Assembly: GCA_044229845.1 (NCBI GenBank)
Contig: JBGASG010000004.1
Span: forward strand, 32,001 to 96,000
DNA from: Candidatus Obscuribacteraceae bacterium
GTDB lineage: Bacteria; Cyanobacteriota; Vampirovibrionia; Obscuribacterales; Obscuribacteraceae
Direction: 5' to 3'
Length of the DNA: 64,000 nt
Below, piece by piece: positions 19,511-29,566 of the stretch. The notes beneath the pieces are model-generated. The model searched no databases and was not told the DNA's origin. It saw nothing but the letters and a program-made list of their open reading frames with translations. The translations under genes and the position numbers were made by a program. How positions within the stretch are numbered: position 1 is the stretch's first letter; each line of letters opens with the position of its first letter.

Positions 19511-20677
19511 TTACGGCTGTTGAAACTGGCTGGCCGTCGGCTGGCTGTGCTCCAGCGCATCCATGATGAAGTTGGTGGTCAACGCCTGACGCAAACTGAT
19601 GCCGACGCCGGGCGCCGGATCAGGCAGAATGTTGGGACGGAAGATGGCGGCATTGTTATCGTAGTGTCCAACCAGATGCAATACATGACCGCGCCCGAAC
19701 TGAAACTCGCAAGCCAAAACACCTGTGTACATCGGGTTTTGATTGATCGCGCCATTGCGTGAGGTTGGATCTTGTTTCGCGAGGTTGGTGCTGCGAGCCA
19801 GGACGCGCACGGCATCAGGACGCAGAACACGCACCATCTGACTTTCTTGATCAAGCTTCCAGGTAGAAACATGAATGCCGTTTAGTCCCTGCAACAACAC
19901 CGGATCGGTATCCATGATGCGCGCATCGACGATAGAGCCGTCGCTCTTGCCGCCATTCCATTGAATGTAGCCGGGAAAAGCATTCTCGACGAGGTTGTGC
20001 AAACTCCAGTCGGTAGAAACCAGGTAGCCACCGCGCGACACCCAGTTTCGCAAGACTTGATAGGCTTCTTTGGGCATGCGCCCTTCGCAGTTGACGATAA
20101 TTACTTTGACGCCCGAGAGATTGGCGGTTGTCAACACTTTGCCTTTGACGCTCTCATGCCGAATGCCGAGCGCGCGCAAGGTTTTCGACGCGTCGTCCCA
20201 CTGTCCTTTGATCTCAACAACTGCGTCGGCGATGTTGGCGGTGGCTGACGTTCTATATGTAGGGTGTGTGCGGTCGAGCCAGCCGCGAAACACTTCGGGC
20301 GGCACCGCCACGTTGGTCTGGGCGCGCATCAGTACCTGATCGGCTTCGGCGTCCAGCCGCGCATTGCCGCTGACGCGACCGGGAGCCCCGAGCATGCGCG
20401 GCGCCATGGTCGGCTGGGCGGCACCGAATGTGGTTGCATTGCCCTGCAAGAAACCGCTCTTGGCACCAGCCGTTTGTTTGACGATCGGCGGTGCCGGTTG
20501 AGGCGGCGCATCATTACTATTGCCGTTGTTAGTGAACTGGTTGGGATTGACGGTGAAGGTGGCGCGCTCATCCTCCTCCCAGTCCGACTGAGCGGCCTGA
20601 GCCGGCAGGAACACAGAAGCCGCCGCAAGAGCCAGGCTAAAAGCCAGGAACGGGTTCAATATCCGTGTCTTATTCAA
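19511..20677 (-). CDS. Exported hypothetical protein (C-terminal alpha/beta domain)
   Basis: Long ORF. AGGA precedes TTG 20677. Signal-like FLAFSLALAAASVFLPAQA. Confidence 0.65.
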   Translation of the reverse strand: MNKTRILNPFLAFSLALAAASVFLPAQAAQSDWEEDERATFTVNPNQFTNNGNSNDAPPQPAPPIVKQTAGAKSGFLQGNATTFGAAQPTMAPRMLGAPGRVSGNARLDAEADQVLMRAQTNVAVPPEVFRGWLDRTHPTYRTSATANIADAVVEIKGQWDDASKTLRALGIRHESVKGKVLTTANLSGVKVIIVNCEGRMPKEAYQVLRNWVSRGGYLVSTDWSLHNLVENAFPGYIQWNGGKSDGSIVDARIMDTDPVLLQGLNGIHVSTWKLDQESQMVRVLRPDAVRVLARSTNLAKQDPTSRNGAINQNPMYTGVLACEFQFGRGHVLHLVGHYDNNAAIFRPNILPDPAPGVGISLRQALTTNFIMDALEHSQPTASQFQQP

Positions 20678-20837
20678 GAGGCAGTCCTGCTGGCTGTATG
20701 AAACGCGCATCCGCCTGCTGGGAGCAGACGCATATAAACAGTATGACGGATGCTCAGCCCAGCTGTTCCTCCTCCGGCCAAATTGCCCACAGATGGCGGA
20801 AAGGCTCGCCTGGTGTGGGCTGGTACAATTACCACCC

Positions 20838-21251
20838 ATGAAATACTGGCTATTAAAAACCGAGCCTGATTGCTACAGCTGGGGCGATCTGGAACGCGAC
20901 AAGAAGACCTGCTGGGATGGCGTCGGCAACAACCTGGCGCTCAAGTATATTCGCGAAATGCGCAAGGGCGACCTGGCGCTCATCTATCACACAGGCGACG
21001 AACGGCAGGCGGTCGGCATCGCTGAAGTGACCAGCGATCCATATGTAGATCCGAAGCTGAATGACCCGAAGATGGCGGTCATCGATGTGAAACCGCGCCG
21101 CAAGCTGGCGACTCCCGTGACGCTGGCGACGGTTAAAGCCAATAACAAGCTGTCCGATTTTCTGCTCGTCAAAATGTCCAGGCTCGGCGTCATGCCAGTC
21201 ACGGACGAGCAGTGGGAAATCATGCTCGGCAAAGAAGCAGCGAAGGCATGA
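20838..21251 (+). CDS. EVE domain protein
   Basis: YWLLKTEP, WDGV, MRKGDLALIYHT, SRLGVMPV. Confidence 0.92.
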   Translation: MKYWLLKTEPDCYSWGDLERDKKTCWDGVGNNLALKYIREMRKGDLALIYHTGDERQAVGIAEVTSDPYVDPKLNDPKMAVIDVKPRRKLATPVTLATVKANNKLSDFLLVKMSRLGVMPVTDEQWEIMLGKEAAKA

Positions 21252-21269
21252 GGAATTAGCTTCGAAAGA

Positions 21270-21524
21270 TCAGGCGGTGCGTCTGGTCGGTCCGCCGCGT
21301 CCTTGTGAGGCGGCGGCGTCTTCATTGACCGCGCGACGGATCGAAGCCAGGGCATCGAGCATCGGCCAGATGACTTCTTTCATTTCGTCGACTTCGTAGG
21401 TGCCAATCTCACCGCGCTCATAGCGGCGGCAAACATCTTCCCACAGCTCGAAGAGCCGTTTGGGATCGACCATCTCTCTGGCCTTTTGCTGGAACTCGAT
21501 GAGATCAAAAGATTCCGGTTCCAT
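21270..21524 (-). CDS. Small helical hypothetical protein
   Basis: GGAGAGG RBS before ATG 21524 (MEPESFDLIEFQQKARE...). Confidence 0.65.
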   Translation of the reverse strand: MEPESFDLIEFQQKAREMVDPKRLFELWEDVCRRYERGEIGTYEVDEMKEVIWPMLDALASIRRAVNEDAAASQGRGGPTRRTA

Positions 21525-21825
21525 TTGGGTTACCTCTCCACGCTTATCAGAAGGATGCTGAATTTCAGTGTTCATGTCAAGCCGGATCGCGCCAGCTATT
21601 CATAGTTTCGGACTATCTGTTTTAAGGGTCAGAACATGTGTGAAGCGAAGCTGTTCTATATAGATGTTACATGGAACTGTTCTGTTCCAAAAGTGCCTCG
21701 ATTAAAAACAAGATCGTTATCAGATCGCGAGTCTGTCTGATACCCGGTTTGAGGGGTGACAGTCCGCCGGGGAGCCGCACCGCATGCGGTGCTCCGCTGA
21801 GCGCGCACGCGTAGAGCTGATCTGA

Positions 21826-22386
21826 TCAGGCGATAGCTGTGGAGCGTTGTCCTTGAGGCAAACGCGGATTGACGTAGGTCAACTGGTCATTGCGCGAGAG
21901 CAATAGCTCCTCGCGGCCGTGGGTGAGACGTTCTACCACCCGACCATCTTCGTAGACGGCGACAGTGCGGTTGTATCCATTGACGTTATACGTGCGGGCC
22001 CAGGTGCCTTCCGGCGTGATGCGGGTCGTCATCTCAACCCCATCGGTGTTGACCGCCTGGACGATGTTGGCGAATCCATTATCGATCATCGCTTTCGAGA
22101 AGTTGCTGCCGGGCTGCACACGAGCATCGATCAAATCGCGCGGCGAAGACGGCTCAACGCGAAATGTTCCATGATCTGCGGTCTGTCCTGGTCCGTCCGA
22201 ACTGAGCAACGCAATTGATGTGATACCACTTCGATCGCCGACAACTGTTGTGCTTTGCGCGATGGCCGCGTCTTGCAGCTCGCGCTGCACATCAGCCCAG
22301 CGGTTTGCACGGTCGCCCGACGTCGAGGTCGAGGCATCGTTCTCAAACCAGGAATTAAGTACGGAGTCACCCAAGGGTCCGGACAT
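21826..22386 (-). CDS. Hypothetical protein
   Basis: 186-aa ORF filling the gap. No recognisable motif. Confidence 0.55.
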   Translation of the reverse strand: MSGPLGDSVLNSWFENDASTSTSGDRANRWADVQRELQDAAIAQSTTVVGDRSGITSIALLSSDGPGQTADHGTFRVEPSSPRDLIDARVQPGSNFSKAMIDNGFANIVQAVNTDGVEMTTRITPEGTWARTYNVNGYNRTVAVYEDGRVVERLTHGREELLLSRNDQLTYVNPRLPQGQRSTAIA

Positions 22387-22550
22387 GATCCACCCTACAT
22401 ACTAAAAAATGCAATGCTAGAGAAACACGAGAAACGTGAAATTTAGGGAGAGGACCACACCTTTGCCAACCCTGAAAAACAGCAATAGGGTGTGTCGCCA
22501 AAACTTCGGATTTTTATTGTGCGACCCTATTATTGGAATGTCAAGCCAAT

Positions 22551-24209
22551 TTAACTTTGCCGCCTGGGATAATCACCATAGAGCATGATTGGCTGGCCGG
22601 TTTCCTTCGCCACGCCTTTGGCTTCCTTAGCGGCGTTCAGCAGAACACCAAGGTCTTGCGTATGCTCTGGTGCGCCGGCGATACCACAGTAAATGCTGAG
22701 CGGACCTGGCAGCCCAAGCGGAGTTGCGGTCAGCACTTCGATGATGCGATTGGCGAACATACGCGACGATTTCGCATAGGTGTTCGGCAGCAGGAAGGCG
22801 AAATCAAAGGTTTCAAAGTGGGCGAATGTGTCGACGGCGCGCTTGATGGTTTCCAGACGTCGTCCGGCATCGCGTACGGTTTGCATGGGCAGGTGATCGT
22901 AGTTATCGCCGCTGAGAAACTTAAGCTCAAGCACAACCAGCGACAACGGCCAGCCGGCAGCAGCGCAACGGATGAACTCTTGTTCGGCAAAGAAAAGGAA
23001 CGCTGGATAGGTGTAGATGCCGGTTTCCTGGCGAGTCAGAAGACGCACCACGCTCTGAATTGCCTGGCGATCGATTTGCGTCGAGGCAGTTGAAATGCCC
23101 GCAGCGACTGCGCCCACACCAACCGATACCAGCCCGCAGCTCATCAGGTTGAACATGATTGGCGCCCATTCGTTCTTGGTCATCGGCACGCGCCGCAGAA
23201 TATCCTGCAGACTGGCGCGATTGTCGACCATCTCGTAGAACTTTCTTTGAGTAGCCAGATCGAGCGGAGCGCCCTTGGTGAGCGCCTCTTTAAACATTTC
23301 GTCGGTGATGCGGTCCTGCTTGCGCAAAAGCGTCGAGTCGACCTTCAGACCAGCTGTATTGAGAAACTTGACCTGGTCGAGAAGCGCGATACCCTCCATG
23401 ATCATGCCGTCCAGACGGCGCTTGATCGTTTTGTCGTCGCATTTGTCGTTGGGGTAGAAACGGAACTGTCCCTGCTCCCAGGTGAGAATTTCGACAATCG
23501 CCGCATCACCCTTGTTCTCGGGTGAATCAGCATGTTGTGGTGCGCCTTCGTGGAAATAGATGTTGCACGCGTTGGCTTCGTGCGTGATGTTGAGCCGGCC
23601 GGTCATTTTGCTCATGTTGATGGACTGCAGCAGGGTCGGCACCTGCATATTCTCCAGCTCGCCCTCCAAAATCGCTTTGGAGCGCTCGCGTGTGGCACTG
23701 GTCTCCAGCTTGAGCGTCTCGGAGGTCGTATGCTTGCCGGCGGGCGGTGCAGCAGCTGAGCCCGGAAGCAGGTTGTGAACAGAACTTTCAGCGGTTGTTG
23801 CAGGCTTAGCTGATGCATAACTCAAATCGAGATCGGCGGGTGAAGCCGAGTCGGGGCAGGCTTGCAGGGCCAGGCTGTGAACCAGGTTAATGTCGCCTGT
23901 GTTGTACTCCCAGAGTTTTTCCGCGTTTGTGTCGTCGCCACCGTACATGGCCCATATCGGTTCGTACGACCCGGATTCCACCCGTGCCGTCAGCATGACG
24001 CTGGTGCTGCGAGTTGCGTTGGTGAACCAGGGCATCTCAATCGTGCGTCCGGCAGTCTTTTGCGCCTCGGTCAGCATGAAGCGCAAGTCGTTCAGACTCG
24101 GCATCGCTTGCTGCTTGAGCAGCCGATGCGCCGAGGTGGAGGTACTTCCTGCTAGGTTATTTCTTTGCGAACGACCGAACATTGCGCCAGTTAGCTGAAG
24201 AGACGTCAT
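22551..24209 (-). CDS. DUF4388-domain protein with degenerate C-terminal GGDEF-like domain
   Basis: LEGELENMQVPTLLQSI...TGRL...IYFHEG..HA...LTWEQGQFRF (DUF4388-like). C-terminal PLSLVVL...FAHFETFDFAFLLPNT...GIA...LLNAA, with the GGDEF motif replaced by ETFDF. Confidence 0.8.
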   Translation of the reverse strand: MTSLQLTGAMFGRSQRNNLAGSTSTSAHRLLKQQAMPSLNDLRFMLTEAQKTAGRTIEMPWFTNATRSTSVMLTARVESGSYEPIWAMYGGDDTNAEKLWEYNTGDINLVHSLALQACPDSASPADLDLSYASAKPATTAESSVHNLLPGSAAAPPAGKHTTSETLKLETSATRERSKAILEGELENMQVPTLLQSINMSKMTGRLNITHEANACNIYFHEGAPQHADSPENKGDAAIVEILTWEQGQFRFYPNDKCDDKTIKRRLDGMIMEGIALLDQVKFLNTAGLKVDSTLLRKQDRITDEMFKEALTKGAPLDLATQRKFYEMVDNRASLQDILRRVPMTKNEWAPIMFNLMSCGLVSVGVGAVAAGISTASTQIDRQAIQSVVRLLTRQETGIYTYPAFLFFAEQEFIRCAAAGWPLSLVVLELKFLSGDNYDHLPMQTVRDAGRRLETIKRAVDTFAHFETFDFAFLLPNTYAKSSRMFANRIIEVLTATPLGLPGPLSIYCGIAGAPEHTQDLGVLLNAAKEAKGVAKETGQPIMLYGDYPRRQS

Positions 24210-24313
24210 AAACCTCTAACCCAGCCTGGGGCTTTTTATAACGTTTACGAGATGCCAAGGACATGACTCTTATAACTTAGTCCTAGAGATCTCAATTATG
24301 GGACGCCCACAAC

Positions 24314-24343
24314 AAAACGGGGCGGCCGGAGCCGCCCCGTTTT
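24314..24343 (-). terminator. Intrinsic terminator downstream of gdhA
   Basis: AAAACGGGGCGGC-CGGA-GCCGCCCCGTTTT, perfect stem with T runs on both strands. Confidence 0.85.
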
Positions 24344-24367
24344 CTTGAACTCGAAAACCGCGCCAGC

Positions 24368-25651
24368 TTATGGATACAAGCCACGCAGCCGTTTAGCTTC
24401 CGCCAACCGTCCGACACCAATACGCAGTGCCGCCATCCGCGGACGCAATTCGTTTTTCTTGGACATCTCGAAGACCTGATCGCAGGCTCGGCCCATGATC
24501 TCTTCGAGCTTGTTGTTGACCTCGTCTTCAGACCAGAACAGGTGCATCAAGCCCTGTACCCATTCGAAGTAACTGACGGTGACGCCGCCGGCGTTGGCCA
24601 GAATATCCGGCACGATTAACACACCTTTGTCGTGCAAGGTCAGGTCGGCGTCCGGGCTGGTCGGTCCATTCGCGCCTTCGACAATGATCTGCGCCTTGAT
24701 GCGGTGGGCGTTGGAGGAGGTAATCTGTCCACCCAGTGCGGCGGGAATCAAAACGTCGCAGGGCAGTTCGAGAAGCTCGCTGTTGGAGATCGACTCGGTG
24801 CGGGTGAATCCTTCCACCCGTCCCATTTCGCTCATGTAGGCCTGGAGACGGGGGATATCGATACCGTTCTGGTTGTAGATGCCGCCGTGGACGTCTGATA
24901 CAGCGACGATCTTATAACCGGATTCATGCAGCAAACGGGCAGCGATCGAGCCGACGTTGCCGAATCCCTGCACCACCACTGATGGTGCATCGTTCTTCAT
25001 GCCGATGTGCTGAACGGCCCGACGTGTGCAATAGGCGACACCGCGTCCGGTCGCTTCGTTGCGACCGAGTGAACCACCGATGGAGACCGGCTTGCCGGTG
25101 ACCACGGACGGTACGGTGTGCCCGACGTTGATACTGTACGTGTCCATGATCCAAGCCATGGTCTGCTCGTTGGTGTACATATCCGGAGCGGGAATGTCTT
25201 TGTCCGGGCCGAGCAGCGTGATAATTTCGGAGGTGTAGCGCCGCGTCATGCGCTCTTTCTCACCCATCGAAAGATTCCATGGCTCGCAGCGGATGCCGCC
25301 TTTGGCGCCGCCGTACGGCAGTCCCATCAGCGCGCACTTCCAGGTCATCAGCATAGCCAGCGAAGAAACCTCTCCCAGGTTCACTTCTGGATGGAAGCGG
25401 ATGCCGCCTTTGGCAGGTCCGAGGGTGGTGTCGTGTTGAACGCGATAGCCAGTGAACGTTTTCACCTGCCCGTTGTCCATTTTGACCGGCACAGTGACAA
25501 TCAAGGCTCTCTTTGGATAACGAAGACGTTCGTGCAGTTCAGCGTCTAGTCCCATCTCCTCTGCGATTTCATCGAGTTGCCGCTGCGTCATCAAGAAATG
25601 CTCTGTTTCGCATTCCATCGTCGGTCTTGGAACCGACTGTTTAACTGCCAT
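24368..25651 (-). CDS. gdhA: Glutamate dehydrogenase (Glu/Leu/Phe/Val dehydrogenase family)
   Basis: GPAKGGIRF, MTWK, GGAKGG, DIPAPD, VTGKP, QGFGNVG, EGANGP, NAGGVTVSYFEW. GGAGGGG RBS before ATG 25651. Confidence 0.95.
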   Translation of the reverse strand: MAVKQSVPRPTMECETEHFLMTQRQLDEIAEEMGLDAELHERLRYPKRALIVTVPVKMDNGQVKTFTGYRVQHDTTLGPAKGGIRFHPEVNLGEVSSLAMLMTWKCALMGLPYGGAKGGIRCEPWNLSMGEKERMTRRYTSEIITLLGPDKDIPAPDMYTNEQTMAWIMDTYSINVGHTVPSVVTGKPVSIGGSLGRNEATGRGVAYCTRRAVQHIGMKNDAPSVVVQGFGNVGSIAARLLHESGYKIVAVSDVHGGIYNQNGIDIPRLQAYMSEMGRVEGFTRTESISNSELLELPCDVLIPAALGGQITSSNAHRIKAQIIVEGANGPTSPDADLTLHDKGVLIVPDILANAGGVTVSYFEWVQGLMHLFWSEDEVNNKLEEIMGRACDQVFEMSKKNELRPRMAALRIGVGRLAEAKRLRGLYP

Positions 25652-25884
25652 TGGACCCCTCCCTGGGTGATTGTGGTCACCGCGTGAAACGTACATATCC
25701 AGCGCGTTTCACTTGTATATGTTTCGCGTAATGTTACCAAGGAGGATACGAAGGATGGTGAAAGTCCCCGGGGCCGGCCGGTTAAGTTTTTCTGACCTCG
25801 TATTTGGTATCACAAAGGCGGCCTTTCAACGATGCCAAGGCTCTTTTAAGCTTGTCTATTGACAACCGCTGTGGCAGCGAAGCT

Positions 25885-27198
25885 CTAGTGGCTTTCCAGC
25901 TGCGGATGAGTGTCCGTCACGGTTTGCCCGTGAGCTGGTGCTGGTTCCGCCGGGAGGGCCGGCACCGGCTGGCGGTGATGTCCGCCACCGCCGTGCCCGC
26001 CGGCAGCCCGATGACGCAGAGCCGGTGACATGGTGTGGCGGGGCAACCCTACCGGTGCATCTTTCGAGGGGTCGACGGCGAAGAAAAATGCCGTCCCCAA
26101 AATCGTGTACACCGCCAGCAGCTGGACGCCTTCCAACCAGTTGGATTCACCGTCGGTGGCGATGTAGGAAAGAATGATCACCGAGACCACCACCGACAGC
26201 ACTTCGAAAGGCGTGAAGTTGAGGTTCATGGGAATGTGCTGCATGGTGTTGGGATCGACAGGACCGAAGAAAAACGAGAGAAACACCAGAATCGGCGCCA
26301 CTAATAAAGCAATTTGCGCACCTGATCCCAGTGCGATATTGATTGCCAGGTCCATCTTGTTCTTCATCGCCATCATGATCGCCGTGCTGTGCTCGGCGGC
26401 ATTACCGATGATGGCAACCAGAATCACTCCGATGAAGACCTGGCTCATGTGCAACTGTTGACCGGTGTTTTCCACCGAGCCCACCAGCACTTCCGAGATC
26501 ACCGCCACCAGAATCGTTGCGACGGCGAGAATGAAAATCGACTTCTTGACGCCCCACGTCCCCACCCCGATAGCATCTCGTGCGTCATCATCAACTTCAC
26601 GGGTGTACAGATGCTTGTGCGTCTTCAAACTGAAAAGCAGACTGCACAGGTAAGTGAACAACAAAACAATCGCGATACCCAGCGCCAGGTCGTCTTCGAA
26701 GTCCGAGCTTTTCGGATGGGCAAAGTGGAACGTCGCCGGCACCGTCAAGCTGATAGCGCCGAGAGCCAGCAAAGTAGCGGAAGTAGCAGCCGCCGTGCGA
26801 TTGAAATACTGAATGTCATATCGCAAGCCGCCCGCCAGCACGCTGGCCCCGAGAACCAGCAGGATGTTTCCGATAATCGACCCGGTAATCGAAGCCTTGA
26901 CGATATCGTAGAGCCCGGCACGCATAGCAGCGAAAGCGATGATCAGTTCGCAGGCATTGCCGAACGTGGCGTTCAGCAGCCCGCCCAACCCCGCGCCCAC
27001 CTTATCGGCCAGATACTCAGTGGCCTTGCCCATCAAACCGGCCAGGGGAATGATGCCCAGACAAGCGCAGACAAAAACCCCTACGTGATACTGCGGCACA
27101 TGCTCGTTCTGCCTGGCCAGCCATTCCGCAACAAAGGTGAGCGGAACAAAGATCAAGAGCAGATCGAGTGCAGATAAGCCTTTTAGCCACTGGGGCAA
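25885..27198 (-). CDS. chaA: Ca2+/H+ antiporter (CAX/ChaA)
   Basis: [42 protein letters not shown]. Confidence 0.93.
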   Translation of the reverse strand: MPQWLKGLSALDLLLIFVPLTFVAEWLARQNEHVPQYHVGVFVCACLGIIPLAGLMGKATEYLADKVGAGLGGLLNATFGNACELIIAFAAMRAGLYDIVKASITGSIIGNILLVLGASVLAGGLRYDIQYFNRTAAATSATLLALGAISLTVPATFHFAHPKSSDFEDDLALGIAIVLLFTYLCSLLFSLKTHKHLYTREVDDDARDAIGVGTWGVKKSIFILAVATILVAVISEVLVGSVENTGQQLHMSQVFIGVILVAIIGNAAEHSTAIMMAMKNKMDLAINIALGSGAQIALLVAPILVFLSFFFGPVDPNTMQHIPMNLNFTPFEVLSVVVSVIILSYIATDGESNWLEGVQLLAVYTILGTAFFFAVDPSKDAPVGLPRHTMSPALRHRAAGGHGGGGHHRQPVPALPAEPAPAHGQTVTDTHPQLESH

Positions 27199-27301
27199 CG
27201 CCAGAGACCTCCCACGGTTTGTAAGTAATAATACCCGCGCCCGCGCTTGTTATTCTTCTGGGATCTAAACTTATTGAGTTGCGAATTTCAAAGAGGCCAT
27301 T

Positions 27302-27970
27302 GTGGGAAATCAGCAAGACCTGCTGCTGATGTCAATGTTCGTCCTGGGGCTGCGCCATGGTTTCGATTGGGACCATCTGGCGGCGCTGGCTGATATCTCC
27401 AGCGTTTCCTCCACACGCGGATTCTGGCTCTGCTTTTTGTATGCCGCCGGCCACGCGGCAGTTGTGCTGGCACTGGGAATAGTGGCGGTGCAGATCGGCA
27501 ACCGCTTGCCGCCCGGGCTGGACACAGTGATGGAGCCGCTGGTCGGCGTCACCCTGGTGGCACTGGGATTCTGGCTGATTTTCACCCTCTGGCGCAAGAA
27601 TCGCTCACAAGCAGCGGAAACGCCGCCCACTAGCGGATTTCAACGGAGCATTTCGGTGAGCGCCGCCCTCACCACCGGCATCGTACACGGCATAGGAGCT
27701 GAGACTCCCACCCAGATACTGGCGCTGCTCGCTGCTGCATCGGCAGCGCATGGGGCGCGATCGCTGGCACTGGTTTGCATCTTCGTTGCCGGCATCTTCA
27801 TCTCGAATATGATCCTGGCGGCATTGTTCGTTAAAGGCTTCGCCTTGACGCAGCGCCGGCTCTGGCTCAGTCGCGGACTGGGTATCTTGACGGCGGTGTT
27901 CAGTCTGGCGATCGGCGTAGCATTTTTGACCCGTTCCGCCGCCAGTTTGCCACCACTGTCCGGCGCCTGA
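27302..27970 (+). CDS. HoxN/HupN/NixA-like nickel/cobalt transporter
   Basis: LGLRHGFDWDHLAA, AAGHA, GIVHGIG. Multiple TM segments. Confidence 0.8.
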   Translation: MGNQQDLLLMSMFVLGLRHGFDWDHLAALADISSVSSTRGFWLCFLYAAGHAAVVLALGIVAVQIGNRLPPGLDTVMEPLVGVTLVALGFWLIFTLWRKNRSQAAETPPTSGFQRSISVSAALTTGIVHGIGAETPTQILALLAAASAAHGARSLALVCIFVAGIFISNMILAALFVKGFALTQRRLWLSRGLGILTAVFSLAIGVAFLTRSAASLPPLSGA

Positions 27971-28003
27971 GGCACCACTAGCGGTGCAGAGGAGAAATTT
28001 TAA

Positions 28004-28766
28004 ATGCCCGAGCTTCCTGAAGTCGAAACCGTTCGTCGCGGACTGCAGAAGCAGTTGCCCGGGCGCACGGTACTTTCCGCCCAGGTGCTGCGCCCGGACT
28101 CGGTGGGGCATCCGTCACCGGCCGCCTTCAGCAAGCAAGTAGTCGGACACCGGATCATCTCCGTCGAACGGCGCGGCAAGTATTTGCTCATTCATCTCGA
28201 TCGCGGCGCATGTGCGCATCATTCTCACCATGGATGGTGGCACTCAATTATGGTTCGAAGACATGCGGGTATTCGGCCGCATGTGGTACGTGCCGCCCGG
28301 CAAGGCGTTCGAAGACGTTGTCGGAGGTCTTGCCGATCTGGGCATTGAGCCGCTCAACGGCGAACTGGACGGCAAGTTTCTCAAAGCCGCGTTTGCCAAC
28401 CGCAAGCAACCAATCAAATCGGCGTTATTAGATCAGACGGTGATTGCCGGCATCGGCAACATCTATGCCGATGAATCGCTGCATCTCAGCCTGATCAAAC
28501 CCAACAAGCCGGCCCGCTCGTTGACCGCGAAACAGTACGAAACGCTGGCCGCCAATATTCGCCAGGTGCTGTCCCAGGCCATCAAATTGGGAGGATCGAG
28601 CGTGCGCAATTACGTAGACGCCGACGGCGTCAACGGCAACTATCAGCGCACGGCTTATGTTTACGGTCGCGAGGGCGAGCCCTGCCTGACCTGCAAGAAA
28701 ACAGCCATAACGCGCATCAAATTAGCCGGGCGTTCGTCGCACTTCTGCCCGCACTGCCAGCGCTAG
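28004..28766 (+). pseudogene. mutM: Formamidopyrimidine-DNA glycosylase Fpg, frameshifted by an apparent internal deletion near 28207-28213
   Basis: MPELPEVE...RRGKYL in one frame. HVRII...EDMRVFG, IAGIGNIYADE and the zinc finger CLTC...CPHCQ lie in another frame. The conserved HLxMxG segment is missing. Confidence 0.85.
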
Positions 28767-29434
28767 GCGTCCAGCTTATAGCCGACACCGTGGACGGTGC
28801 CGATGATGGAAGGCTGTCCGGTGGTGTCGATTTTCTGACGTAAACGTTTGACGTAAGTTCTGATCGTCTCGGGCGAGGCATCGGAGTCGGAGGCCCAGAC
28901 CCGGTCGAGCAGCGCCTCGGCGCTGAAAACCTGATTGGGGTGACGCATCAAAAACTCCAGCAGCGCAAACTCCTTCGGCAGAAGCTGAATGTCTTCATCC
29001 TCGCGGGTCACTTTGAAGGTGCTGGTCTCCAGGACCAGATTGCGCGCTTTCAGAACATTGCCGGACATAGCGGCCGGGCGCCGCAACAGGGCGCGTACGC
29101 GGGCGGAAACTTCCTGGACATCGAAGGGCTTGGTCAAATAATCATCAGCACCGGCATCAAGCGCGAAGATTTTCTCGGTGGTCTGCTTGCGAGCTGTGAG
29201 CATCAAAATCGGTGTAGTGCCGCCGCCTGCACGAAACTGTTTGCAAACTTCAACGCCTTGCAAGCCCGGCAGCATCCAGTCGAGGATGATCACGTCGTAT
29301 TTGTAGAAACGCAGTCGCTCCAGGGCCTCCAATCCGTTGTCCACCACTTCGACGATGTGGTGTTCGTGCATCAGAAACGCCCGAATCGGATCGGAAAGGT
29401 CAGGCTCGTCCTCGACTATCAGTATTTTTGCCAT
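28763..29434 (-). CDS. OmpR/PhoB-family response regulator
   Basis: ILIVEDE, ILDWMLP, GADDYLTKPF, KEFALLEFL, TVHGVGY. Confidence 0.95.
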   Translation of the reverse strand: MAKILIVEDEPDLSDPIRAFLMHEHHIVEVVDNGLEALERLRFYKYDVIILDWMLPGLQGVEVCKQFRAGGGTTPILMLTARKQTTEKIFALDAGADDYLTKPFDVQEVSARVRALLRRPAAMSGNVLKARNLVLETSTFKVTREDEDIQLLPKEFALLEFLMRHPNQVFSAEALLDRVWASDSDASPETIRTYVKRLRQKIDTTGQPSIIGTVHGVGYKLDA

Positions 29435-29566
29435 CGGTGTTAGCTTACTATGACTATCGCTCTTTGAGTATTCCACTGAGAGACGACAGACTAAACAGGC
29501 TGATAAATTTTGACTTCCTTCGGTGAAGCAGCGCCGCCAGCCTGCAGCTTCTCACCGTATGTGGTG

